From: Lingula anatina
Lineage: Eukaryota > Animalia > Brachiopoda
Length of the DNA stretch: 64,000 bases
NCBI GenBank assembly: GCA_051362555.1
Contig: CM120641.1
Span: forward strand, 39,686,401-39,750,400
Reading direction: 5' to 3'
The translations under genes were made by a program, and so were the position numbers. The notes under the pieces are model-generated. The model was not told where the DNA came from and did no database searches. It saw only the letters and a list, made by a program, of their open reading frames with translations. Shown here piece by piece: positions 26,793-39,266 of the stretch. Within the stretch, counting starts at the first letter, position 1. Each line of letters opens with the position of its first letter.

Positions 26793-29700
26793 ACGCATTA
26801 TATACCACCTAGTTATCCATTGCAAATGAAATTTATAACCATATGGATAGCGGCATATCGGTAGCTTGTCGTTGTATTGTGTCCAATAGCTACTGTGACC
26901 TTAAACTCTTTAGTATGGGTTTTTGCTAAATTCGTCTTAAGCTGTCCGTTTTCTCCTAGTTATGTACAGTATAGCTTATTCACATCTTCCTTTTGGTGTT
27001 CCTTTGTCGCATATACTATTTCCAAAGATTTCCCTAAAAAAATCGGCTTTGTCCTTATTTACCATCAATATTGATATTCGTGTATAAAATAATAAATAGA
27101 TTATGCATCCCCTTCCCCCCCCCCCCAAAAAAAAAAGTTGCAAGATGACTTTCTAGATCTATAGACAGAGACTATGTGGCTGTATTGTGTCTGTGTGCGT
27201 GTACGTGTGCGTGCGTGTGCGTGCGTGTAAACTTTTCATTTTTCACACATTGACATTTTCAAGGTGTGGCCTTGAAGTTCCATAGTCCCCTGAGCTAGTT
27301 TATTATAAGGATGCAAGTGCCATTTCTAATGGACAGGATGGTCTTGTAACGAAATTACATCTTGTGATGGTCATACCGCGTGAGTAGGAGCAATGTTATA
27401 TTACGATATTCTTACATTGTTTCTTTATCCATTTCAAAAAATTCACCCGTCTAACTTAGCACTTGTCAAGTGCATAAAATAGTCCAGTCCAGGATCAGTA
27501 GTAACGGTGTGTGAAGCCCGTTCATGTCGATAGTTTAAGCCTCTATCAAAACTCTGAGAACATAAGATCATAATTGATCCGCATAATGCCTTGACACTTC
27601 AAAAGCTGCTGAGTTATCTACTTGAAGCAAACGCTACACTGGCATCTCATTGAACTATCCTCTAAGCGCGGCTAACCTTTGTTAAAGTCAATGTTGAGTT
27701 GCAGTATTACAGTCCCAATCGAAAAGGCACTTTCCAACACTGAAATTGATATTTACATATTATCTTATTGCCTTTATTACAACCCAATATGCTTGGGACC
27801 TTAAAAGTACAAGTGCTACTAGTATACCAATAACCGCCTGCATGTATGTCAGTGCCCACTAGCATATGACATATAAATAACCAGTAAAAACTGCTTTGCT
27901 GTTGTATAGCAACGGATTATCCCTGGGGATACACGGGGAAGTGTAGATAACAGATTCGACCATAGCATGTATGTGGTGTTAATGAGCCGGCTGTCAGGGA
28001 TTGGACCCAGGGGATTAAACCCCCAACCGAGGGGGGGGGGGGCGATCTTGAAATGCCGGAAACGGGACGTAGACATATCAATAATTTACAACCGTTATAT
28101 GTACTAATGCAGCGCAGTGGCACTTTCCACGAACACAGTAAGTTTTATCGACAGATTTGAAGTGATCTGAAGTGGAGCTTTGAAAACGCCATTCTTAGCA
28201 CTGCTGAATGATGCCTTGTCTGAAGTGAATTTACTTTTAATTTGCCATTGTTGTCTTTAAAGCGACGACTGTTGCAGAGAGGCGTCCCAGTATCATACGC
28301 TATTTGCCAGTTATACAATGTAATTTAATTGATCCCTTGTACCTTTGCAGGCGAAAAACAAGTTCATCATGCTGAAGGTTCTGAAGCAGTTTCGGGGCAA
28401 GGACACTGCAAGACAAAATTCAGAGGAATCCGACAAAACGCGTCGCCAGAGTAAATTGTCATCTGAAACCAAGAGTCCAAGCACGGATGATGACCTCGAA
28501 GATTCGGAATATAACCCAATGTATAAATTACGAGATGCCAGACAACGAAGCACACGGAAATGTATCATATTGCATTATTCGCCGTTCAAAGCCGTTTGGG
28601 ACTGGATCATTTTGCTGTTGGTATTGTACACCGCTGTCTTTACGCCGTTTACGGTAGCGTTTCTCTTAAACGAGGACGAAAGAAAGATGCAACAGAACCA
28701 TGCTCCTAAAACACGAGAGAGAAACGCAGGAAAATCTCAAGCTGAACCTTTGGTTATCATCGACCTCTTGGTTGACATAATGTTCATCGCCGACATTCTA
28801 ATAAATTTTAGAACCACTCACGTCCACAATGGAGAAGTGGTCTCCGACCCACAGAAAATTGCTAAAAACTATCTGAAAGGCTGGTTTATCATTGATGCCG
28901 TGGCCGCCATTCCATTTGACTTGCTTCTGTTTGGCTCAGGCACTAGTGATGTAAGTGTTACATATTTGAATGCATGTGTCATGTTTGCGTAATTGCACGC
29001 GCTTGCATGAAACATTTAATTAAATTTGTCTTTGCTTTAAGCATTTAACAATAGCTGGAAAATCAGGTAAGGTATTGCCTCCACAATACTCATAAGACGG
29101 AACATTGTCAGGCAATTATACGATTTGCTTCAAACGTATTGATTCCATTAACAATTTATCCATCTGCCATATTACAAGTACAAGTTATTTTAAAATATCT
29201 CAAGTCAGTGGAGAGTTGTGAAAATACCTTTTTTTAAAGAAAACCAAAAAGATAAAAAATTTATATATAAAGGCATCAAATTTCATGCTTAGACAAAACA
29301 TTTTCGAGGAAAAATCATGAGACAGTAGCCTATCTATTGTGCAGCACGATAGAGGTGTAACCGAGAGAGGGTTGCAAACGAAACGTGAATTGTTTTGTTT
29401 CCTCTGTAAGTTTTACGGGCAGCCGTGACTGATTCAATAGGTTCTTGATATAGCAACTGCAGTATATTTGGGTTTATCTCTTATAGCGCTAAATTCATAC
29501 TTCTCCAACATCAAGACGCACTGTTCTATTTCACCAGCCAAGTTTACCGTTTGGTAAGTTGATGGAGCTAACAAATGCAATCCTCCAATTCTAGTCCCAA
29601 CGCAGCTATTTCCAACCGCTGGCCAATTATTTGGAACGCTGAAGTAAAATTGCTGCATGCCCAATCCATACTTACACTATTACGCGTTCGTACATAAGTA

Positions 29701-32700
29701 CTCCCTGTAGACTGAGAGCAACGTTAAGCGACATTGAAGGTGCCTCATCTGGTTCGGAAACTATACCAAACAATGTTTTATGATTTACTAAATTAAGCCA
29801 GCAAGATGGGTTACCAAATTTAAAGCACACAATGGCTCCTTCTAGACCCCATCAAGAACAGACAAATGCCAATTGTAATTTTCAATCCCTTTTTATCTCA
29901 AGTGTGTTTGAAAAATATCTCAAATTTGTCTTTGAAAATAAAAGGGCAAATATTGTTAGTTGAAATATTGTTTAATATTGCAATTCTACTCCAAGAGAAA
30001 GGTAAAACACACGAATACGAAAATGCCAGGTATAGCATGTCTGTGTTGTAATATCATCGCAACTTCAGCGAAATAGAAGAGAGTAAGCATAAAAAATAGA
30101 CTAGTATTCGCACGCCTTCAGATGGTCACCTACACTTTGGCAAATATCCCAGGACGTAGTGGTTTGATTGTTTAACTTGCTGAAAACACGGACACTCGAG
30201 GGACAATGTGCATTATTCAAAAACAATCAGCAGTTAGATATTAATATCACGTTTCCTCTTGAGACCTATAAAACACTTGGAGTCAATACGAAACCCTTTT
30301 ACTTAAACAGATACTGGAATGGGATAGAATTGAACATTCAATATTTACTTGGTTATAGAAATACAATTGCCTCCCTTTTTAGCCAGTGCCAATATGACGT
30401 TTATCAAAAGAGACGTTTTTTCTCTCGTGGTTTGCTCAAGTTGACACACTAAAATATTCTTCTTCCCAGCAAAGCAAACTTGAGCTAAAAAAATATTCAT
30501 TATACCTCAAGCTTTTTGTGTTACATCTGTTGTATTGTATGTATATTGTCATATGGAAGATAATCTCGTCTAGAATCACTTTGGAAAGAGGTAATTGTTG
30601 CCCATAAGCCGCTTATAACTCAAACATTGAATTTGACGCATCGATTTGCTCAGCTAAATGGCCAGACATTAATCGAGCTGGATATGAAGAAGCACATGCT
30701 GCTGACGCTGATAAGGCGACAAATTTCCCTGACTTCTAACGAGCAGGCCCTCCAAAGTTTCGGCACTTTTACTGAAATTATATAACAGAAAATTGGCGTT
30801 GGTGAAAGCAATTGCACAGTAATCACATTGAAAGAGACGTGTTATGTAAAAGTGTTAGTTCCACCCAGCAGTTAATCACCATATAAGGCAAGAACACCCA
30901 AGTATAGGTTTTTACGTTACAAAATGGCATTGTATTTGAATTATGAGGCAAGAACGTCCTAGCATAGTTTTTTTTTTTTTTTTACATTTTTTGAACTATG
31001 AAAGTTTGTAATCACAACGTTGATCAAAAATGGAAAAAAAAAACGTATGCTGTATTTTATTCGAAAACATCAGTTTTCTACGAAATTTATATATTTATTA
31101 AGACAAACTGTCGTATATTATTCAGCATGCTATGTCAAGTGACGATTTGAGCCATCGCAGTGCAGTGAGTATAAGCTGAGAGTGCGTTTTATTTCCCGTC
31201 AAAGTTTCATTTTCAGATATACACTGACTAAGCCCTTAAGCAATATATTTGAGTCGTAGCACAAATCGACACACATGAAACCATTAATAGCACTTTTCTT
31301 TATGTGATCATCATATTAGACACATAAGTAAAAAGTTACGTAGTTGGACCAACACAAGACAGCACATAAAGGTTCGCGCAAGTAAATAAAAATGGAGTAT
31401 AAAATGGACCATAAACAAGCACTGCCCGATAATTTTTATGCATATGAGTTGATTCCTTGACCACTGCTTGAAAACATCGCAATGTTTGACAGCACAGCTT
31501 GAAATACGCCTTTATGTTGGACCTTTGTGAATTATAATGGCTGCAGAAATACCTTCAAAATGACGTCAAAGTACATGTAGTATACTTGTATATCGGTTAA
31601 ACGGCTTAGTAATTTTTTAAACTTTACTTTTTGTTTAAAATACATTATCGTATATTCATCTCCTCATAAATTTGAAATAATTCTTTTTTTCTTGGAAAGA
31701 ATTATTTATATTTTTCAGGAGACCTTGGAATTTCTTTTCCGTACGGTTTTAATCATGCTAAACGTCTAATTTCAGACCATGACCATCACTGGCGTTCTAA
31801 AAACCGCGAGACTGCTGAGATTACTCCGCGTTGCCAGACGCATGGACCAGTATTCTGAGTACGGTGCTGCTGTGCTGCTTTTGATGATGGCACTGTTCAC
31901 GCTCATTGCCCACTGGCTGGCTTGTATATTTTATGGCATTGGATATGTCGAAAGACCAACATTAAATGAGCCTATATCATGGCTAGATACACTAGCCGAT
32001 AAAATGCAGACGCCATATCTAAAAAATGATACAACTAGTGGCCCAGATATCACATCTCGATACATTACTGCACTATATTTTACCCTCACAACGCTCACGA
32101 GTATTGGATTTGGAAATGTAGCGCCAAATACGAACGCCGAGAAAATATTCGCTATATTTGCCATGATGGTTGGATGTAAGTATATGTGTTATTGTTATAA
32201 CAACTTGCTCTTATAAGAGCAAGTATATAGTCATTTTATAGGGTAACAATGCTTTCTTCCAATAATACACAAAGCTTATGTTTTCTTCTTTTTTCAGAGG
32301 TATAATGTATGTGCAAAGCAACGTACTATTGCAAAGTAATAAGAATTAGATATTCAACTTCTTTTCTTTCACGGATTGTCATTTTTTGGTTAGTTTCAAA
32401 CTACCTACAGCATTGCCATCAAACCATTGTATAAGGTGAATAGACGGACGTTTTTCCAAGAAACGCCGCTCTTTAGCTTAATGCGTTGAATTCTAGTTGA
32501 CTCGAAATGATATACCACCTTGGGCGATTTCCGTTTAGTTTATTGAAGAACTAAATAGAACCTTTTGTATCGTCAAAGAATATTGCATGTTATCATGCTC
32601 AAATGTTCCCGCAATAATGAAATACTAATGAATTCATCAATTCTTCATCATAGCTCTCATGAGCGCTGCCATCTTTGGAAACGTTTCTTCCATCATGCTG

Positions 32701-35700
32701 CGACTTTATCAAGGAACAGAAGAATTCCATGAGCGTTCCGAGAGCATAAAAGAGTTTATCAAATTCCACAACATCCCTAAACAGTTGGCAAACAGGCTTC
32801 AGGAATCGTTCCAGCATTCGTGGACGTACACCAATGGAATTGACATGCAAAGCGTAGGTTTATCATCTCCATGCAGTCTTCATTATAACAGAACAGGAAC
32901 GTATTTTACTGCGTGTTAGTGGGGACGCTAATAACATCGCAATTTGACAAAGGAGATGTCCTTCCTTTCTTGTCGTGTTGTTTCAATCCTCAGAGTATTC
33001 TTTCTAAGTATAACAACAGAATAACATTTAAACAGAAAGTTTTTGGAATGGCTGTTTTATCAGCGACATGTTTTTCCTCGTGAAATATTGACCTTTTAAT
33101 TGCAAAATATGCCTTATTTTCGGCTTGTTCAACGCTGTAGAGAAACGTAACATTTTACATTGTGAGAAACAAATATATTTTTCCATGGATTGTATTTACC
33201 TGATGTATGACATAATGATATATCCTTATGTTATAGGTATTGAAAGGTTTCCCAGACTGTCTGCAGGCAGACATATGTCTTCATCTTAACCGGAATCTCC
33301 TGAATAGTTCCGCAGCATTTCGAGGCGCTAGCCCTGGTAAAACTTTGTTTGCGTATTGGCCAACCATGCAGACCCATCGATGCAGATAATTTTACTGCAT
33401 CGATGTCGATGAAATCACATAAAACCATCTGCCGCTTTGGATATACTGTACATATATTTAATGCACACGATATTGCTTTATTTGGTCAGCCTTTGGGTCT
33501 CCAACTCTATTGTTTAAAAGTAAAACTGTTTAATTAATTTAAATTTTATTCCGAAATTTATTTGAATTTGATCAATACAGTAACAATCTTTCTAGAACCA
33601 TAAAATACGTGGAAAACATTATCACTTCAGAGCAAGAACTGAAATGAATTTCAAAATTGAAAAGTACATGCACTGGCTTGTTGCCATTGGTGCATAATTT
33701 GAGATAGGAACTAAAAAAAAGTTCCTGTGAATTTTGTATTTAATTACAGGTTGTCTTCGAGCATTGTCGCTTAAATTTCGCACTACGCATGCGCCTCCTG
33801 GAGACACGCTGATTCACCCAGGGGACATATTGACCTCCATCTACTTCATAGCAAGAGGATCCATTGAGGTCCTGAAAGATGACATAGTAATGGCAATTTT
33901 GGGTAAATATAGCCTTTTTCGATCGTATAAGTATTTGGCACATTTGGTTCAAATGAGCGTGAAAGTTATCAAGTCTGTTATAGTAGGCCTAAAAGTATTT
34001 TTCAGACAAGTGAAAGATTCCGATTATTAATTTGATTTTTTGGGTGTGTCACTAAATACCGAAATACAGTGAAGTACACGAAATACAACGAAATACCACA
34101 TTAAGATTATTTTAAACGTCAAAACAATTGATTCTGCACCCCGAATTACGTTTGTCTTGAACTCAACATAATATTTATTTGTAACGGAGAAATATGTTCA
34201 CAGATTCTGAGTTAGGAAAGAAGTGGGCGTTCACACTGTCCGCCTACTTCCGTCGCAGCTGCCAAAAAAGAAAAAAATCACTGTACTGACTCGATCGGCA
34301 GACAAACATCATGTTGCCTTGAAGACAAATGTATTTTGGGGTGCATAATAAAGTTTCTTAAGTTTAAAGTAATCTTAAGATGGCATTTCAAGGCATTTCG
34401 TGGTATTTGGTTTTTGTATTTTTCGCATTTTTGCGTATTTTGTGTCTATATATAGGAATGGGATCCTGGCCGGCTTGGAATTGGGCACTGGCCGGCTACA
34501 CAGTGGCACGTATAAGCACGAGTCAGTGAGGGAATTTCAGCCAGTCAGGAAGCTGTCTGAGCAATTGCACTATAATCAGCGGCCTTTCATCTGGCTTAGA
34601 AAAAAACAATAGAGTAGACTCTTTCATGCCTTTCAATATCAGAGAACCACAATAGAATGAGCTCTCTACGAGCTTCGCACTCAAATATATATGAGCCCAA
34701 ATACAAATGGCATGGTGGAATTGGCAAATGTAATAGAGCTTAATTGCATATACTTTCCATAGTCTAATGGAACCGTTTGTCTTTTATCCTCTGTTAGTGA
34801 ATACATTCGCTCTGACCAAGTTAGCATGTTCTATGAAGAAGTACAGAAATATAGCAGCACTTAATACATCATTTATGGCTTTTGGCTAAAATCGATCAAT
34901 TGCTTTCTGTTTTCGTGTTTGCTTTTCTAAATCACACTAACAGAATAATGAAAGCATACTGATGCCATTAACAGAAAGTGAATTAAAACGTTATTTGGGA
35001 ATGGCCGTCTCCTGTGCCTTGTTATTTTTTTGTCTGCCTTGACTTTTTTTAATCAAATGTGAAAATGAATTACTGAAATGTATTTGTTTTACATGTTATT
35101 ACTATCGGGACCACTTTCAGTTGCGTTGACAGCTTTTGGATTGCAGATAACAGGCCGGTGCTGGCTTAATCATACATCGGCATGCATTAAGGGGACCATT
35201 CCCAGACCCTATCCCACTAACTGTGGGTCGATCTATCTCCAAACTAAACTGCTAAACTGCAATCAACTTAAGCGGCTTAGATGTCTGTCACGCTTACTGA
35301 AGCTGCTAGGGCGTGCCAGACATCTAGACCGCTTTAGCTGAAAGCGATTTAGCTAGAAACCACTTGGAACGGGATCGATCCTGTTAGATCGATCTAGGTA
35401 TGGAAACTCAGTCTAGCATTATGATCTCTCTCGTTTATTAAAACTGGCTATGCACCTTTTTTGTGTGACTAAGAGCATATGGTTTCCTTGACAGATTCCA
35501 TATTTATGCTAATTATTACAGGAAAAGACGACATTTTCGGCGAAGACGCCAGTAACTTTTCCACCTTGGGCAAGTCCAACTATTGCGTCAGGGCTCTGTC
35601 CTACTGCGACCTCAATAAGATTGATATCGATGAGCTGCAAGGAATCCTCAATACATACCCAGAATTTACCAAAAAGTTTGTTAAAAACTTCCATGTCACA

Positions 35701-38700
35701 TTTAATCTGAGAGACGTAAGTAGATTTTTTAATTATCTTATTTTGATAGAACACTTGTTTCCACTTCATATATAATTGTGTTTGTCCGTAAGATGTTTAA
35801 TGGAGCATCTTGTCACATTTACGCTGGAGCATGAATTTAAAAAGTCGGTATATTTACAAACATTGTCAATTGGTGCTTTGTGACACGGTTCTGACTAGAA
35901 ATTGGAATCTTCTAAAACAAAGAACATCCAAATATTTACAGGACTATTGCTATGCTACCATAACTAAAACGTAAATTATACCTTTCCGTGCTGTACGTCA
36001 TTGCTTTGCACAATACGTGTCACATCCGTTTTCTCTAACACAATCAGCTCTCATTTAGTGCGCCTTTTGCGCCATTCTGCACAGAATCCAATTCGTCTTT
36101 ACCATATTCTTTGATTCTAAAACAATCGACGTGCATATTTTTGTCTTTAAGTGTTCGCGTATCTCACACCCACTTGTTCTGTTACCCATCTCCACTCATC
36201 ATTTAATTCCCTGCTGTCATCTCCTCTTTGCATTGAATGTCTCAGCTTCTGCATAATTGCACCTACTTGACACCGATGTGTTCATCAAAATGCGTCAGTT
36301 TACCAAATACCTCCTCAATTGCACCATGTCATATTTATTTGTACTTTATGATAATATGATAAAGCTTTCTAAATGTACATGTGCCACCAAAGCTTGCAGT
36401 TCCTTGCATGTCATTATATGTTGTGTAGTATGCCAACAGCTGTCGATGTAGGCGTGTTCCTTTTTGTTCTTTGAAATGATTCTTTAAAATGTCAGACAAA
36501 CTATGTATTTCATATCTAATGAGGACTTTCCACCGTTTATCGTTACGCATCCAGCCGAGTGCCACGGTAAGCGGAATAGTATGATGGACATTTTTGGTCT
36601 GTTTTAAAATGGCGCCTTCTTCTGTCTCTTTAGAAAACAACACCGGGATTATAATCGTGGCTTTAAAATATATGGTAGAAATTGTAAAAGGAAAGAGCAC
36701 GAAAGTATATTAAAAACATTCGCTCTTTCTGTCTTCAGTATAGGCACAGAGTTTGTTTTTTGAAATGGCTATTCGTTATTGTATGTATTTGCAAGCTTAT
36801 GGAGCATTATTGTAAAAACTAACAAAGTACCTTACGCAGAGAAGTAAGTCCCTTAAGTCTGTTGTATTTTTCATAGGGCCAATACCTCCACTGTACAGTG
36901 TAGATTTACAAACAGTAGTTTGTCATACATGTTTATGAAACCTAAATACAAATGCACAAACGAACAGATCGTAAACATGTTTCATATTTAACAGGGGCAG
37001 TTATTAAAGCAGAGAAAATCCGGGAAGTTTGACGAACAAACCCTTCGTTTCATTCGCCAGAAGAGACCTAAACTCCAGTGCAGAGGAAGACCATCGGATG
37101 CAGATACCCGCGGAGGTAGGAACAACTTTTTTCATACCGTCCTCTTTCATACCCAGTTGGTTTTAATAATTGGATGAATTTTTATTCCGTTTTCCCGATA
37201 TTTGAACCATCACCTGGAGACATCAACTATATTATTTGATCGATACACTTAGAGTGGATCTCAATACAAGTGCAATGATAGCACATTTGTCATTTTTTCA
37301 TGATTTGCCACGCCAGTGGAACACTCGCTAAGAACGTCTATGTCATTCTAAAATACCCGTGTAATTCATAGCAATCTTGTTTCTGAAACAAATGTAAGAT
37401 CAATATTCATTATTCTATATATTTTAAGTACCGCACAATAGAAATTTGACTCAGGTTTTATATTCACCAAAGGTGCTCCTGGAAGACAACGATTTGGAGT
37501 TAGAAAGAAGATCCAGAACGCTCATGAACGACATGCAGCTCGCGTCGCAAGAGGTCACCTCCGCTCCACGAGCAGAGACAAAACCCAGGCATCCATTGCA
37601 GAGTCAAGTGACGAAGAGGAACCCAAGATACTCGAGCTCTCCACGCAAAGATCCACTGATATTCAAGGTACTGCCACCGTAGGTCGGTACCGGAATAAGA
37701 AAACCAAGAGGGATGCGTTTAGGCGGAGCTCTGTGCCTGGTATTTATTCATTTATTGTACCTTTATGTAAGGATTTTGGCATTTCTTTTCGGCGAGTAGT
37801 TTTAGTCATTCTTTGACAGTGAGCTTAATCAGTAAGCTCAATCTGGACATGACAAGTTTTGCAAGCATAGTTTCTGTATCTCTGGTGGGCATTCGCAAAT
37901 GCAGTCAGTAGTAGACTCATTTCTGGTGTGAGTATTCATCTAGTTTTTGATGTTCATATCTAAACAGGTCTTTCACTAATTTCGAGTGTTACAGTATGCC
38001 TTTATTTCAATATTACAGGTGTGGCTTTCTCATCATTAATCATGCCTGCACATGTGAGGCAACGTCGAACGAGCCAGCCGGCCATACTTACGAGCGCCCT
38101 GCAGGAACCACCCCAGAAGGAAGCAGATATACCTGTATTGGCTCTTCCTCCTCCAAGTCAGCCGATATCTGCCAGCGACTCGGCAGCACTGGAGCAGGAC
38201 AGTGGCGTTCCCCTCACTCATCAGTCTGGCGATTTGCCACTTGGTGTTTCTCACGAAAGCTCGTCATCTCTGGTACCAAAATCCAGCGTTTCAAGCGTTG
38301 GACCATTGCATCCGACCTCAGCGCCGTCAGACTACGTCATACAGCCACAGCCCGTACAACAGGTGCCAGCAGAGCCTCACCACACACAGGGGCAAAAACT
38401 GACCTGGGCAGAGGTGGACACTAGGCTAGATCATCTTACTAGGTATTAAACACCGCTATCTTTACATGTTGTTCGCGAACTTGCAATGAACAAGTCGCCT
38501 GTCGCCTATATGACAGTATGTAGCCGTGACCAGTATGTCAAAGATCTACCAAGTTATTCTTAGTTCTATTGTACTTTGAACTGGATGCTACACTAACTTA
38601 CATAGTTCAGATCACAAACCTTTCTGGATATATGGATTATTAGTTGATGGAACCTTACATTAATTTCATATTTTAAGGCATTCTAATCTAGAAGGATAAA

Positions 38701-39266
38701 AACTTAAATAGATATTTTGTAGCACGGCGGAAACGCATTTATTATTTTTTTCAGCTAAGTTTTAAAAGTCATGTTGCCACGAAGCAAACTTTGATATCAA
38801 CTTACTGTGTATGAATTTACTAAAAACCATCCCTTACTTAGTTTTAAATAAAAAAATTCTCCTGAACTGCTCCTATTCGTATTATATTGTAATACAGGTA
38901 TCGCTTTGGTGCTGTAAATATCAGTGCACGGTAATACTGCTTTAGGTAATTTTCCTTTAAACTTAAATTTGATTTTTTTTTGTATATTATAGGAGGATGA
39001 AAGCCTTCGAGTATAACCTCACTTCAACAGTGGACGCCATACTGGAGGTGCTTGGCTACGACCCTGCAGTCATTCGACCGCTCTATCAGCAAGGCGTCAT
39101 GGGAAGCGTTCCCCCTGATACAGGGACGCTTACGCCCACGGACGCCCGTCACGATGTTATTCTGATTAGACGGACCCATTCAGATAGCACTGTTATAGCA
39201 GCGCCAGCACCATTTGATCAAGTTGGAGATCAGACGGGAATACAGAGGGCCATGACGGCCCCTTAA
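14561..39266 (+). CDS. KCNH2: ERG-subfamily voltage-gated K+ channel (KCNH2/6/7-like, Kv11), PAS-less. Exons: 14561-14689, 28351-28950, 31776-32175, 32654-32853, 33237-33336, 33750-33902, 35522-35715, 36995-37115, 37473-37739, 38019-38442, 38993-39266
   Basis: S1 [29 protein letters not shown]; S4 [24 protein letters not shown]; pore [16 protein letters not shown]; C-linker/[41 protein letters not shown], intrinsic ligand TFNL; C-terminal coiled coil [20 protein letters not shown]. Exon phases are compatible. The first exon and distal C-terminal boundaries are less certain than the core. The symbol denotes the family, not strict orthology. Confidence 0.92.
20688..20846. mobile_element. Short MITE-like element (Tourist/Harbinger-like termini) in KCNH intron 1
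   Basis: Imperfect ~24-bp TIRs GACCTCGTTCACAACCAGTTGATC / GATCAACTGTTTGTAAACGTGGCC, an internal perfect 14-bp inverted repeat (20730-20743 vs 20813-20826), and TAT on both flanks. Confidence 0.6.
26571..26790. repeat. Compound microsatellite (CT)n(CA)n, then (TCTA)n
   Basis: Directly visible at 26571-26665 and ~26755-26790. Confidence 0.92.
34042..34446. mobile_element. Diverged MITE with long imperfect TIRs and subterminal GAAATA repeats
   Basis: Left ...GAAATACCACATTAAGATTATTTTAAAC...TGCACCCCGAATTACGTTTGTCTTGAA is the reverse complement of right TTGAAGACAAATGTATTTTGGGGTGCA...GTTTAAAGTAATCTTAAGATGGCATTTC, over ~100 bp with mismatches. Confidence 0.65.
35190..35410. repeat. Degenerate foldback/palindromic element in a KCNH intron
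   Basis: AAGCGGCTTAGATGTCTGTCACGC ... GCGTGCCAGACATCTAGACCGCTT forms a ~24-bp stem, with weaker outer complementarity. Confidence 0.55.

Noticed and set aside
28351-33336. Consecutive KCNH exons of exactly 600, 400, 200 and 100 nt
   Set aside because: Treated as numerical coincidence; the boundaries are set by protein-frame constraints and conserved intron positions.
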